47,766 nt of DNA from a virus. The DNA is taken from the IMG/VR virus record IMGVR_UViG_3300009100_000005. One strand, given 5' to 3'. A model generated the notes under the pieces. The model made no database searches. It was given only the letters and a program-made list of their open reading frames with translations, and was not told the origin of the DNA. The position numbers and the translations under genes were made by a program. Shown here piece after piece: positions 1 through 8,102 of the stretch; the stretch's first letter is position 1; each line of letters opens with the position of its first letter.

Positions 1-123
1 CGGACGACCGCCAGTAGGTGGCGATGGTGGGTACGGCTAAAACTAAAGTAACTTTAGTAGGAGAATGATATGCAAAATGAAGAAGAGCTGAGACAAATCC
101 TAGCTGGATTACAAGAAAGGCAA
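1..123. repeat. terminal overlap, identical to 47644-47766 (circular closure or terminal redundancy)
   Basis: Read directly: cggacgaccgccagtagg...caagaaaggcaa occurs at both ends; motif 43-57 = 47686-47700 and ATG 70 = ATG 47713. Confidence 0.9.
43..57. repeat. junction palindrome CTAAAGTAACTTTAG
   Basis: Exact; 12 nt upstream of ATG 70. Confidence 0.95.
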
Positions 124-1473
124 CAGCCAGTTCCTATCTGGCAGCGTATCATTGAATCCGTTGCTCGTGGAATAGGTACAGCTGGATCAGAACGCCCTGG
201 CGATGCTTTACTCCAACAGGTTAAAGAGAAAGGTGCTGAGCGACAAGAGCGTAATAGACGGCAGCAAGAGATTGCTAACGTTGCTACTCAATTTCGTCTG
301 ACAGACCTTGCTAATCGGATGGCAGAGAAGCGTCAGATTTCTGCTGAAGGCAGAGGTGAGGCTCGCGATATTGCCAAAGAGCAGAGAGATAAGCAAAGAG
401 ATGTTGAGATGTACAATCTACAACTCTCTGGTCAGAAAACTCTCAAAGGTATGGACAATGACCAAGCTATGAGTATGTTCAATTTGTCCAAAACCTGGGA
501 AAGTCTGATGAGAGAAGAGGATAAAGAATTTGCCCTTCGTCGTGATGAAACACAACGTAAGGGCAATTTTGAGGATCAGTCAAAGATTGCTCAACAGAAT
601 CTTGTCTACAGTCTGATTGCATCGAAGGTTATGGACGGTGGAAAAGTATCCGGTATGATGTCTAAGTTACGCAATGGTGGTGAAGGATTGACTGCCGACG
701 ATATGAAACTGCTCAACAAAGCTGCCGTTCAAATGAGCGATCAGAATTTTACTCGACAGCTTAAGCTTCAAATGGCCCAACGTGATGGTCAGTTTACTGG
801 TATGGAACGAATCCAACACGAGGCTGCTATGGCCGCGATGACTTCTGCCAGAACAGAAGAATTGATCAAGGTGCAAGGTCCAGATGGAGCAAGATTAATT
901 CCTGGCAGAAAAGATGATCTTGGTAAGTACATCATTCCACAAGGCTTTAAGTTTGTAGAGTCAGCAGACTATGGCGAAAGGTTGATGTACTTCTATGATC
1001 AGTTTGGAGTTACTGAAAGATTCAGAGTAGGAAAGAAAGACATAGAGAATCTTGAAGGCAATAACGGACACGACGTTAACCACTTTCTCAATGAAATCAA
1101 AAAAATCAGAGATTCTGGTGGCAACGATGATCAGGTTAAAGCTCAAATGGACATATTGAGTAATAAGTCTCCCAAGTATGCAGATGCTATTAGGTTGGCA
1201 TTGGCTACGGATGAGAACGAAAAACTTAAATCGAAATTTGATGCTAGCAAATCTGCTTTTGATGATACTAGCGGTCCTCTTGGATTTCTTGGTCGAACTT
1301 ATGAAAAGATTACCAAAGAACTTGGTAAACAAGGAACGGCTCGATGGCTTAGACAAGAACTTATCAAAGCTAAGAATAAGAGAGATAGGGCAACTAGCGA
1401 ATCAGATAAACAGGCATTGACAAAATTGATTGCTGAGTTAGAAGGTCGTCTTGATGTAGCAACCAAGAACTAA
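70..1473 (+). CDS. hypothetical charged, coiled-coil-rich protein; putative internal virion protein
   Basis: 467-aa ORF; AGGAG SD and ATG 12 nt after motif 43-57; stop TAA lies inside motif 1470-1484; function inferred only from position after the fibre genes. Confidence 0.75.
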   Translation: MQNEEELRQILAGLQERQQPVPIWQRIIESVARGIGTAGSERPGDALLQQVKEKGAERQERNRRQQEIANVATQFRLTDLANRMAEKRQISAEGRGEARDIAKEQRDKQRDVEMYNLQLSGQKTLKGMDNDQAMSMFNLSKTWESLMREEDKEFALRRDETQRKGNFEDQSKIAQQNLVYSLIASKVMDGGKVSGMMSKLRNGGEGLTADDMKLLNKAAVQMSDQNFTRQLKLQMAQRDGQFTGMERIQHEAAMAAMTSARTEELIKVQGPDGARLIPGRKDDLGKYIIPQGFKFVESADYGERLMYFYDQFGVTERFRVGKKDIENLEGNNGHDVNHFLNEIKKIRDSGGNDDQVKAQMDILSNKSPKYADAIRLALATDENEKLKSKFDASKSAFDDTSGPLGFLGRTYEKITKELGKQGTARWLRQELIKAKNKRDRATSESDKQALTKLIAELEGRLDVATKN

Positions 1474-1484
1474 AGTAACTTTAG
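1470..1484. repeat. junction palindrome CTAAAGTAACTTTAG
   Basis: Exact; holds stop TAA of 70-1473; 9 nt upstream of ATG 1494. Confidence 0.95.
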
Positions 1485-1493
1485 AGGTGTGAA

Positions 1494-4400
1494 ATGCCAC
1501 AAAATGTCTATAAAGCGCAGTTGCCGGTCGAGACTGTGCCACAACCATATCAGGCTCAAGTTCCGTATGAAGCACAATTACCATCTGATGCGGAACCGGC
1601 ACAAGGTTGGGGTGGCGCAGTCCTCTCCACTATTGCTCCGGCATTAGAGTTTATCTCGCGTCCTCAGTATGCCTCAGCCAAGTTTGCCGATAGCTTGGCT
1701 GATCCGTCGAAGTCTATCTTCGATGCGATGCTTGGAGCATTTCAGGAGTTTGTTAGTCCGAAGGATAAACTTTCATACTCTGAAGTTATTAGACGTAGAG
1801 CGCCAGAGTTTGCAAAGATGTATCCTAAAGCTACTTCTGTTATAGGTTTTATGGGAGATGTAGCATTTGATCCAACTACCTATTTAGGTATTGGGTTTGC
1901 TCGACAAGGTTTAACCGTAGGTCGTAAAGTTCTTACAGAGTTTGGTGAACAAACTTTGCACAGACTTGAGAAAGATATAGCACAGCAAGAAATATTGACT
2001 ACGGTTAAGAACAAAGTGAGAACCAATGTTATTGAAGCGGAACGGAAAGGTATACAAGCTCAATCTAGTTTGTTTACTAAGACAGAAGCTAGGCAAAAGT
2101 ATGGCGAGGTTCGTAGTTCGTTCTTACAGGAATTTGATGAACTAGCCAAAGATCCTGAACTTATGCGTAAGCTTCAGAATGGTACTATTGCTAGAAGTCG
2201 AATGAATGATTTGGCTCTTGATGAGTTAAACTCTGCTGGTGCTAAGGCTAAGTTTTCAAAGACTGGATTAGTACAATTGAAAAGACAGAAACCTGTCGAG
2301 TCTGTGATTCGTAAGCTTGCGCCAGAGGAAGTTACCGAAAAGGCAAGCCAGCGTATTCAAAAGTTAGCTGATCTTGATCCTGTTATTGCCTCGAAGTATT
2401 TTAAGCCGCGAGAGATTAACCTTCTTATCGGTCTACCATTCGGTAAACAGAAAGAAGTGTTGAGAATAATGGGTCTTGATTATCTCGACAGCAAGATTGA
2501 TGCTATCGTCAAGTTTAGGGATATGATTGTAGGAAAGAATATTCCTGTAATCAGTGCTGCTCTTGGCGCAGGCATTAAAGCTGGCAGAATGGCAAAGAAT
2601 GCTTTTGTCAGACCAAACGAAGAGCCATACAAGAATGCTATTACCGCTCTTGAGAAAGCTAAAAACTATAACGTAGGAGAAGTACATCGAGAGATTGTCA
2701 AACTATTTGAAGGTGTTGATGAAGCAGGCCGACAAAAGATCAGCAAGCTTGGCGTCGCTATTGACGATGAAAGCAGAGAAGTCGAAGCAAGGATAGGTAG
2801 AAGTCTAACTCAGACAGAAGCAGACAGAATCTATAGGGATGAGCTTTCTAAAGTAACTTTAGCTCCGAAGGAGATGGCTGCTTTTGCTGGTTTGACTCAA
2901 TCATATAAGACAGCAATGGAACTTGAGATGGAAGCTGGACTTCTCAAGAGTGCATTGCTGAATTATTATCCTCGTTATTACAAAGCTTTGGCTGATCCTG
3001 GCGAGATGTCTGTTCTTTTCAAAACTAAAAAAGGATTGTCAACCTCCCTTTCTTCGTCAAAGAAAAGGGAGTTTTTAACTTTACAAGAAGCCGAAGCTAA
3101 TGGATTTGTTCCTGAATTGGATGCTGCCAAGATATACGCTGCTCGTGTTATATCTTCTCGTCGTGCCTTGTCAGTAAAGCAATTTGAAGATTCCTTGAAC
3201 GGCATCTACAACTTGCCACAAGGTACAAAGATTGGTAGCAAAGCATTTAACAAGGTTATCCCTTCTGAAATCAAAGACGATATCAGAACGTTAGGAGAGT
3301 CAGTTTACCCTAGTGGTATGAACTCCACTGTTAATGACTTCTTGTACGCATATGATAGGTTGATGGGATATTTCAGACAAGGTGCAACTATCTTAAAGCC
3401 AGCGTTTGCTGTCAAGCAATTGATTAGCAATACTATGCAAATGGCTTTTGGTACTAATGCTAAAGCCTTTAAGTCTATGGATGGTAGATCATTCCTCGAT
3501 GCATCTATGCTTCTTATGGACTATTACAGAGGCAAACCAATAGAAGGATTACCGGGAGTATTTAAAAGTATCTTGAACAAACATTCTCTATCTGGCGAAG
3601 GTGGCGTTGATGCCATTCTTGCTGGTAGGGTAGCTTTAGAAAGGTTGATTAAAGAAGATGATATTCAATCGTTTGCGAAAGCTATTGAAATCATCCAACC
3701 GTCTGGTATGCGGTATAGCGGGGTTGACGTTGTTCGTCTTGGTAGAGAACACGGAATGGTTGTCAACTTTGACGCATCTGGCGAACAAATGTTCAGGCAA
3801 GTAGATGAGATACTTTCCTATGATCCAAAAAATAAAGTAACTTTATCGAAAGAATTGTTCAAATATTGGAAGATGTCTTCCACGTTTGAAACATATTCTC
3901 GGATGTCTGGTTTCATCCAAGGTTTGCGTATGGGCTATTCGCCTAAGCAAGCTGCCGCTGTAGTCGAAGATAATCTCTTTGATTATCTACACGGTCTGAC
4001 TAAGATAGAGAAAAGTTTTATCAGACGGGTGATGCCATTCTATTCGTTCCAACGCTTTGCTATACCGCAAGTGCTAAGAACGTTAGTACGCCAACCGGGC
4101 AATGCTGCTACTACCAACAAGATAGTTAACTTGATGGAGAAGTTAATTGTACCGGATGCTGAGAAGATGTCGGAGGCTGAAAGGGAAACATTTGGTGATA
4201 CATTACTTGTCGAACAGCCTAGACTATTCACTGGTTTCGACAAAGAAGGTAGAGCCAACTTCAATATCTTCAACAACTTCTCCCCACTAGATGCTTTGTC
4301 TCTTATGGTATATGACCAGAAGACAGATAAACTTGACCTAGAAAGAACAGTTCAAAGAACTTTCTTGGCTGCTCTTGCACCATACCTTAAGATTCCACTT

Positions 4401-4949
4401 GAGATGGCAATAGGCCAGAACTTCTTTACTGGCAAAGCTTTAGAGACTGGTGGTAGGATTGGCCAGTTGTCATACATCACCAATAATACGCCTCAGATTG
4501 TTAAAGACTTTATTGGTTGGGAAGACCGATATAATGAAAGGAGCGGCGAGACTAGAACATACATTAACCCTTACTTTGCACACGTAAGTATGTCTCTATT
4601 TCCTGCTTTACGCGAGTACATCAAACCGCTCGATGCTGAGACTTCTGCTTTAGACAAGGCAATGCAAATGATTGTTGGCAGTGTTAATGTCAAAGCCGAT
4701 TTGAAGGCTCAGTCAGAATGGCAGGCTATGACTAGCAAGGGTAAAGCACAAGAACTAAAGAGTAGCATACGAAAGTCTATGCTTATGGGAAGTGAGAACG
4801 AGTATGAAAAGAACTTGAGGGAATACCAAGAGTATATGACAATGCTCGAAGAGAGTAATAAGAGAAAACAAGCTGGTGATATCCGTGGTGCTGGTCTTGG
4901 TAATCAGATGATGAATGCCGAGCCTGCCATATTTCAAGAGCAAAGATAA
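1494..4949 (+). CDS. large (1151 aa) virion-associated protein, putative ejection/internal core protein
   Basis: Longest ORF and last gene of the structural block, as in the podovirus gene order; ATG 9 nt after motif 1470-1484; carries two in-frame motif copies (2848, 3832); no catalytic motif recognised. Confidence 0.8.
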   Translation: MPQNVYKAQLPVETVPQPYQAQVPYEAQLPSDAEPAQGWGGAVLSTIAPALEFISRPQYASAKFADSLADPSKSIFDAMLGAFQEFVSPKDKLSYSEVIRRRAPEFAKMYPKATSVIGFMGDVAFDPTTYLGIGFARQGLTVGRKVLTEFGEQTLHRLEKDIAQQEILTTVKNKVRTNVIEAERKGIQAQSSLFTKTEARQKYGEVRSSFLQEFDELAKDPELMRKLQNGTIARSRMNDLALDELNSAGAKAKFSKTGLVQLKRQKPVESVIRKLAPEEVTEKASQRIQKLADLDPVIASKYFKPREINLLIGLPFGKQKEVLRIMGLDYLDSKIDAIVKFRDMIVGKNIPVISAALGAGIKAGRMAKNAFVRPNEEPYKNAITALEKAKNYNVGEVHREIVKLFEGVDEAGRQKISKLGVAIDDESREVEARIGRSLTQTEADRIYRDELSKVTLAPKEMAAFAGLTQSYKTAMELEMEAGLLKSALLNYYPRYYKALADPGEMSVLFKTKKGLSTSLSSSKKREFLTLQEAEANGFVPELDAAKIYAARVISSRRALSVKQFEDSLNGIYNLPQGTKIGSKAFNKVIPSEIKDDIRTLGESVYPSGMNSTVNDFLYAYDRLMGYFRQGATILKPAFAVKQLISNTMQMAFGTNAKAFKSMDGRSFLDASMLLMDYYRGKPIEGLPGVFKSILNKHSLSGEGGVDAILAGRVALERLIKEDDIQSFAKAIEIIQPSGMRYSGVDVVRLGREHGMVVNFDASGEQMFRQVDEILSYDPKNKVTLSKELFKYWKMSSTFETYSRMSGFIQGLRMGYSPKQAAAVVEDNLFDYLHGLTKIEKSFIRRVMPFYSFQRFAIPQVLRTLVRQPGNAATTNKIVNLMEKLIVPDAEKMSEAERETFGDTLLVEQPRLFTGFDKEGRANFNIFNNFSPLDALSLMVYDQKTDKLDLERTVQRTFLAALAPYLKIPLEMAIGQNFFTGKALETGGRIGQLSYITNNTPQIVKDFIGWEDRYNERSGETRTYINPYFAHVSMSLFPALREYIKPLDAETSALDKAMQMIVGSVNVKADLKAQSEWQAMTSKGKAQELKSSIRKSMLMGSENEYEKNLREYQEYMTMLEESNKRKQAGDIRGAGLGNQMMNAEPAIFQEQR
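2848..2862. repeat. junction palindrome CTAAAGTAACTTTAG
   Basis: Exact; inside 1494-4949, read as KVTL. Confidence 0.95.
3832..3846. repeat. palindrome variant ATAAAGTAACTTTAT
   Basis: 13-nt core exact; inside 1494-4949, read as KVTL. Confidence 0.9.
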
Positions 4950-4950
4950 A

Positions 4951-4965
4951 CTAAAGTAACTTTAG
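4951..4965. repeat. junction palindrome CTAAAGTAACTTTAG
   Basis: Exact; 1 nt after the stop of 1494-4949. Confidence 0.95.
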
Positions 4966-5042
4966 TATTAAATTAAATCTCATTTACTCTATGTCTCGAT
5001 CTAAGGCTGAAGAATACGATTTCAGTTATCATTCTGGCGCTT

Positions 5043-5148
5043 ATTCTTTGCGATAGGAAAGCCGTGGTAAGGTTTTTCAGCCTTAGTCCATACCGTAGCA
5101 TAGGCCAAATCAACCTAGCACGGCTACATAGTAAAACAAAGGACTTAC
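5043..5148 (+). ncRNA. about 105-nt conserved non-coding element, copy 1 (paralogue of 25591-25696)
   Basis: Shares the blocks TTTGCGAT.G.AAG.CCGTGGTAAG.TTTTT, CCAAATCAA and AAAACAAAGGA at identical spacing with copy 2. Confidence 0.35.
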
Positions 5149-5194
5149 AGCTTTACCGTGTATCATAATGACACACTAGAATCCCCTAATCTTT

Positions 5195-5209
5195 CTAAAG
5201 TAACTTTAG
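5195..5209. repeat. junction palindrome CTAAAGTAACTTTAG
   Basis: Exact; 14 nt upstream of ATG 5224. Confidence 0.95.
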
Positions 5210-5223
5210 TTTGGAGGGATGCA

Positions 5224-5439
5224 ATGAATACGTTATCTGTTGTACTGACTGTGATAGGATGTACAATGGTGTTGGTAACTTCGGTGATCGGAGCGACTTG
5301 GAGATTGGCAGGTAAGATAGCAGACCTCCAAACTGCAATAGCTACTGCTAATGGCAAGATCGAAGGTCTGCAATTGATTATTTCTTCGCTTCAGTCGAGA
5401 ATAATCCACCTTGAGTCACGGTTGGATGCGAAGGGCTAG
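5224..5439 (+). CDS. small membrane protein (N-terminal TM helix plus coiled coil)
   Basis: Track ORF 5158-5439 trimmed to ATG 5224, which follows motif 5195-5209 and a GGAGGG SD; hydrophobic LSVVLTVIGCTMVLVTSVIG; hairpin plus T-run lies downstream. Confidence 0.65.
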   Translation: MNTLSVVLTVIGCTMVLVTSVIGATWRLAGKIADLQTAIATANGKIEGLQLIISSLQSRIIHLESRLDAKG

Positions 5440-5818
5440 TATTTATATCAACCAATTGTTGCAGGAGGTCTTTTACTCCTGCAATTTCTTTTTCTAGCTC
5501 CAATTGCTTAAAGAAGATATCCTTATTGCCTGCCTCGATTCTCACTACCGTTTGGTACATTTCAGGGTATGTGCCGGGTTTAGGTAGATTGTCGGGAGTG
5601 ATCTTGCCCGCTATTCTTTTGGTGAAGATGTCAGGATCGTCTCTATAGACTTTGTGGCCTAACACCGTTCTCTCTTCTACGTTATTGTCGGTTATTCTTT
5701 TCCAGATAAAGCTATCAGAAGCTTCGTATTTGACTCTAAGTTCTTCTCTGGTATAGAACAACTTGCCATCAAGCTTCACGCCGGTCGGTCTTCTCTTCTC
5801 TTCTTTCATCTTGCTCAC
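5378..5818 (-). CDS. hypothetical protein
   Basis: 146-aa ORF; ATG 5818 lies 9 nt after motif 5828-5842 with a GGAGGG SD; its 3' end overlaps convergent gene 5224-5439 by 62 nt. Confidence 0.65.
   Translation of the reverse strand: MSKMKEEKRRPTGVKLDGKLFYTREELRVKYEASDSFIWKRITDNNVEERTVLGHKVYRDDPDIFTKRIAGKITPDNLPKPGTYPEMYQTVVRIEAGNKDIFFKQLELEKEIAGVKDLLQQLVDINTSPSHPTVTQGGLFSTEAKK
5459..5495 (+). terminator. Rho-independent terminator-like hairpin ending the plus-strand late block
   Basis: TTGCAGGAG (5459-5467) pairs with CTCCTGCAA (5476-5484), 8-nt loop, followed by TTTCTTTTTCT; embedded in the 3' coding part of convergent ORF 5378-5818. Confidence 0.55.
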
Positions 5819-6188
5819 CCTCCTGAGCTAAAGTAACTTTAGCATCTAATTCCACGTCCAATTCTGTGCAATCCTTAAATTCATCAATGATAGTGTGCTT
5901 AAGCTCATATGATAGGTTGAAGTTACGCTGTCTTTTCAACTCTACCACTGCCATTAGGGTGTACTTCATCCAACTATAAAGCATTAACTCTTTCAATGGT
6001 GAGGGATACTTGCTATCAATGTAGAAGCATAATGCTCCACAAAGAACGCGAGACATACCTCGCAAAAAATCTTCATTGTTAAGGTCTTCTTCGTTAAGAT
6101 TAGCTTCTACCTCATCTAGTTGTATCTTTAGACAAGATTCGCCAATTCCGTCCAGCTTGATGCCCATTTCTTTTAGCTCATCAAACAT
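5769..6188 (-). CDS. hypothetical protein
   Basis: Track ORF 5769-6215 begins with GTG; I prefer ATG 6188, which overlaps the upstream stop (ATGTTTGA); the C-terminus reads through motif 5828. Confidence 0.55.
   Translation of the reverse strand: MFDELKEMGIKLDGIGESCLKIQLDEVEANLNEEDLNNEDFLRGMSRVLCGALCFYIDSKYPSPLKELMLYSWMKYTLMAVVELKRQRNFNLSYELKHTIIDEFKDCTELDVELDAKVTLAQEGEQDERREEKTDRREA
5828..5842. repeat. junction palindrome CTAAAGTAACTTTAG
   Basis: Exact; 9 nt upstream of minus-strand ATG 5818; read as KVTL in the upstream ORF. Confidence 0.95.
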
Positions 6189-6570
6189 TCTTCTTTGACT
6201 CCAAGTACCTGACACGGCTTTTTTTTCTCTTCAAGATTGCTCTTGCTAGTTGATCAACCGTGATGTAGTCTCGTACCAATATAGGATTGGTTACTATCAC
6301 TATCCAATTACGGATTTGTGCTTCGCCAATCTTCTCATAGTCATTACTAACACCAACTATTGTGGTATGTCCGGTCCTTCCGATATTGCCTTTTGTTTTG
6401 GAATATCGGATGCCATTGTATTCTATAGCCACTTTCAGATCAGTCCAAGCATAGTCGAATCGCCAATCACGGCTATCCATAAACTTATATTCGTACTGAT
6501 CTGGAAGTGGGAGATTTACTTCAGCAATTTGCGTCAGTAGTAAACCTTTGTAATTCACTTTGTCTTTCAC
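6181..6570 (-). CDS. PD-(D/E)XK-type endonuclease (Vsr/DUF559-like pattern)
   Basis: WRFDYAWTDLKVAIEYNG...H...NDYEK...NWIVIV resembles the D...E-x-K core of Vsr/DUF559-like nucleases; GTG start is the last base of motif 6570-6584. Confidence 0.5.
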   Translation of the reverse strand: MKDKVNYKGLLLTQIAEVNLPLPDQYEYKFMDSRDWRFDYAWTDLKVAIEYNGIRYSKTKGNIGRTGHTTIVGVSNDYEKIGEAQIRNWIVIVTNPILVRDYITVDQLARAILKRKKSRVRYLESKKNV

Positions 6571-6584
6571 TAAAGTTACTTTAG
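6570..6584. repeat. junction palindrome CTAAAGTTACTTTAG
   Basis: Exact; its loop is the stop of 6576-6827; its last base is the G of GTG start 6570. Confidence 0.95.
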
Positions 6585-6827
6585 TTTCTTCAGTTCCTTC
6601 TTGATAGCTTTCTTGGCAGCTTTCAAGTGAAACTTTCGTTCTTTTTCGTTTGTAAACTCTCCGGTCAGACTGTCACCAATTGGTGATTTGTATACTTCTT
6701 TGCCAGAACTGTTAGGAAAGCTAGCAGAGAAATATCCATATCTTAACCGAAGGTAGCCAACCAGTTCTTTCTTATGAAAGACATCGTATTGTTCTGGACA
6801 AGCATCGCAAGTCTTGACTAATACCAT
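6576..6827 (-). CDS. hypothetical protein with lysine-rich C-terminus
   Basis: 83-aa ORF; stop TAA is the loop of motif 6570-6584. Confidence 0.65.
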   Translation of the reverse strand: MVLVKTCDACPEQYDVFHKKELVGYLRLRYGYFSASFPNSSGKEVYKSPIGDSLTGEFTNEKERKFHLKAAKKAIKKELKKLK

Positions 6828-6830
6828 ACT

Positions 6831-7136
6831 TTACTTCTTTGGCTTCAGTGAGCCGATTGCTTTGTCAAGCCTATCGTGTACTACAGCCAGTTCTCGCTGT
6901 ACCTCTCTTAGGATATTGATGTTATCGTCAGAGAGTTTCTTTTGTTCCTCTAGCCAAGCATTGATCCAATCTCTCAATTGGATAACTTCTTTAGTCCGAA
7001 GTTTTATTGTGTGTCTATCGTGTAGACCCATACTGTCTAGTCTGATAGCAACACAATCCGATATCAGTTGATCGGAATTAAGATATGTTGTCGTATCAGA
7101 AACTATCGTATTCCTAGTCAAGTGCAAATCTTTCAT
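6831..7136 (-). CDS. hypothetical protein
   Basis: 101-aa ORF; ATG 7 nt after motif 7144-7158, with the SD fused to it (TTTAGGAG). Confidence 0.7.
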   Translation of the reverse strand: MKDLHLTRNTIVSDTTTYLNSDQLISDCVAIRLDSMGLHDRHTIKLRTKEVIQLRDWINAWLEEQKKLSDDNINILREVQRELAVVHDRLDKAIGSLKPKK

Positions 7137-7143
7137 TGTTCTC

Positions 7144-7158
7144 CTAAAGTTACTTTAG
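7144..7158. repeat. junction palindrome CTAAAGTTACTTTAG
   Basis: Exact; fused to AGGAG, 7 nt upstream of ATG 7136 (minus strand). Confidence 0.95.
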
Positions 7159-7248
7159 TTTGTGGCGATAGCTAGTATCGCTGACACAAAGTATCCAACA
7201 GCCAACAGCACAATGGCTGAAAGAAGTAAAAGAGTTACGCATCCTATC

Positions 7249-7662
7249 TTATTCTTCACTTGTAATGTTATCAGCGTCATTAGTTGTTTCGGCAACTGGT
7301 GGATTGCCATCGTTAAACTTTCCAAGTTGATTGACTAGGGAGCAAAATCTGCTCTTAACTGCTGGCGACATAAGATGTATTATGAAGCCTATTCGTGCAT
7401 TGACCACAGAGATATAGAGTAACTGTCTCTCTGAAAGATCAGCCCACGAACAGTGGAGCATCTGGACGTGGAACATACCGACATATGCCTCCACTTCTAG
7501 CCCACTTGGGATATGCCTCATAATACCAGCTCTCCAATGGTCTGGATATGAGTTAAAAACGTCGTGGAATGTTTCTAACAGTTGTGGAGTCATACTCTTA
7601 TATACTTGGACAGCGGCAAAGATTCCATCTTTAGCGTTTTCTTTCTGTTCTATTACTCCCAT
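7249..7662 (-). CDS. hypothetical protein (shares an IPxG...YVGxxH segment with 18669-19001)
   Basis: Track ORF trimmed to ATG 7662, 11 nt after motif 7674-7688 with a GGAGG SD. Confidence 0.65.
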   Translation of the reverse strand: MGVIEQKENAKDGIFAAVQVYKSMTPQLLETFHDVFNSYPDHWRAGIMRHIPSGLEVEAYVGMFHVQMLHCSWADLSERQLLYISVVNARIGFIIHLMSPAVKSRFCSLVNQLGKFNDGNPPVAETTNDADNITSEE

Positions 7663-7673
7663 TTGAATTCCTC

Positions 7674-7688
7674 CTAAAGTTACTTTAG
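7674..7688. repeat. junction palindrome CTAAAGTTACTTTAG
   Basis: Exact; its loop is the stop of 7680-8102; 11 nt upstream of ATG 7662. Confidence 0.95.
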
Positions 7689-8102
7689 TAGATATTGGGC
7701 CAGTGAGTAAGCTAGTATGACGGCTGCTATTCCTAAGCAAAATAGAAAACAGCCCATCTCACTCGCCCAATCTGATTTTACCTTAGCTTCGGCAATGACT
7801 CGTTTTATCATTGCTTCTTGCTGTTGCTCAGTTTGCTGTAAATGTTTAGTAGCATATTCGACGGCATCGTCGAAATCTTTAAGTGAGGCGAAGCAATGCG
7901 GTTTAGCATTTCTCGCATAGTGGTTGTGATTAGGTAGTAATACTACACCGAGTGTGTTCCATTCAGTAAACTTCCATTCTTGTTTACAAAACTCACAATG
8001 ATGAATGATATGTGGTTTTGCTCCATCGGTATCTATATGCTGTTCTCCACATCGAGGACACCATAGTATACATCTTACTGCATCAAATCCTATTTCAGCC
8101 AT
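7680..8102 (-). CDS. zinc-ribbon protein with C-terminal TM anchor
   Basis: CPRCGEQH...HHCEFC cysteine/histidine pairs; hydrophobic C-terminus; stop TAA is the loop of motif 7674-7688. Confidence 0.65.
   Translation of the reverse strand: MAEIGFDAVRCILWCPRCGEQHIDTDGAKPHIIHHCEFCKQEWKFTEWNTLGVVLLPNHNHYARNAKPHCFASLKDFDDAVEYATKHLQQTEQQQEAMIKRVIAEAKVKSDWASEMGCFLFCLGIAAVILAYSLAQYLLK

Noticed and set aside
1470-1484. The palindrome as a Rho-independent terminator at each gene end
   Set aside because: The stem is only 6 bp and AT-rich, and no U-tract follows. It is usually followed directly by an SD and a start codon, and many copies are intragenic.
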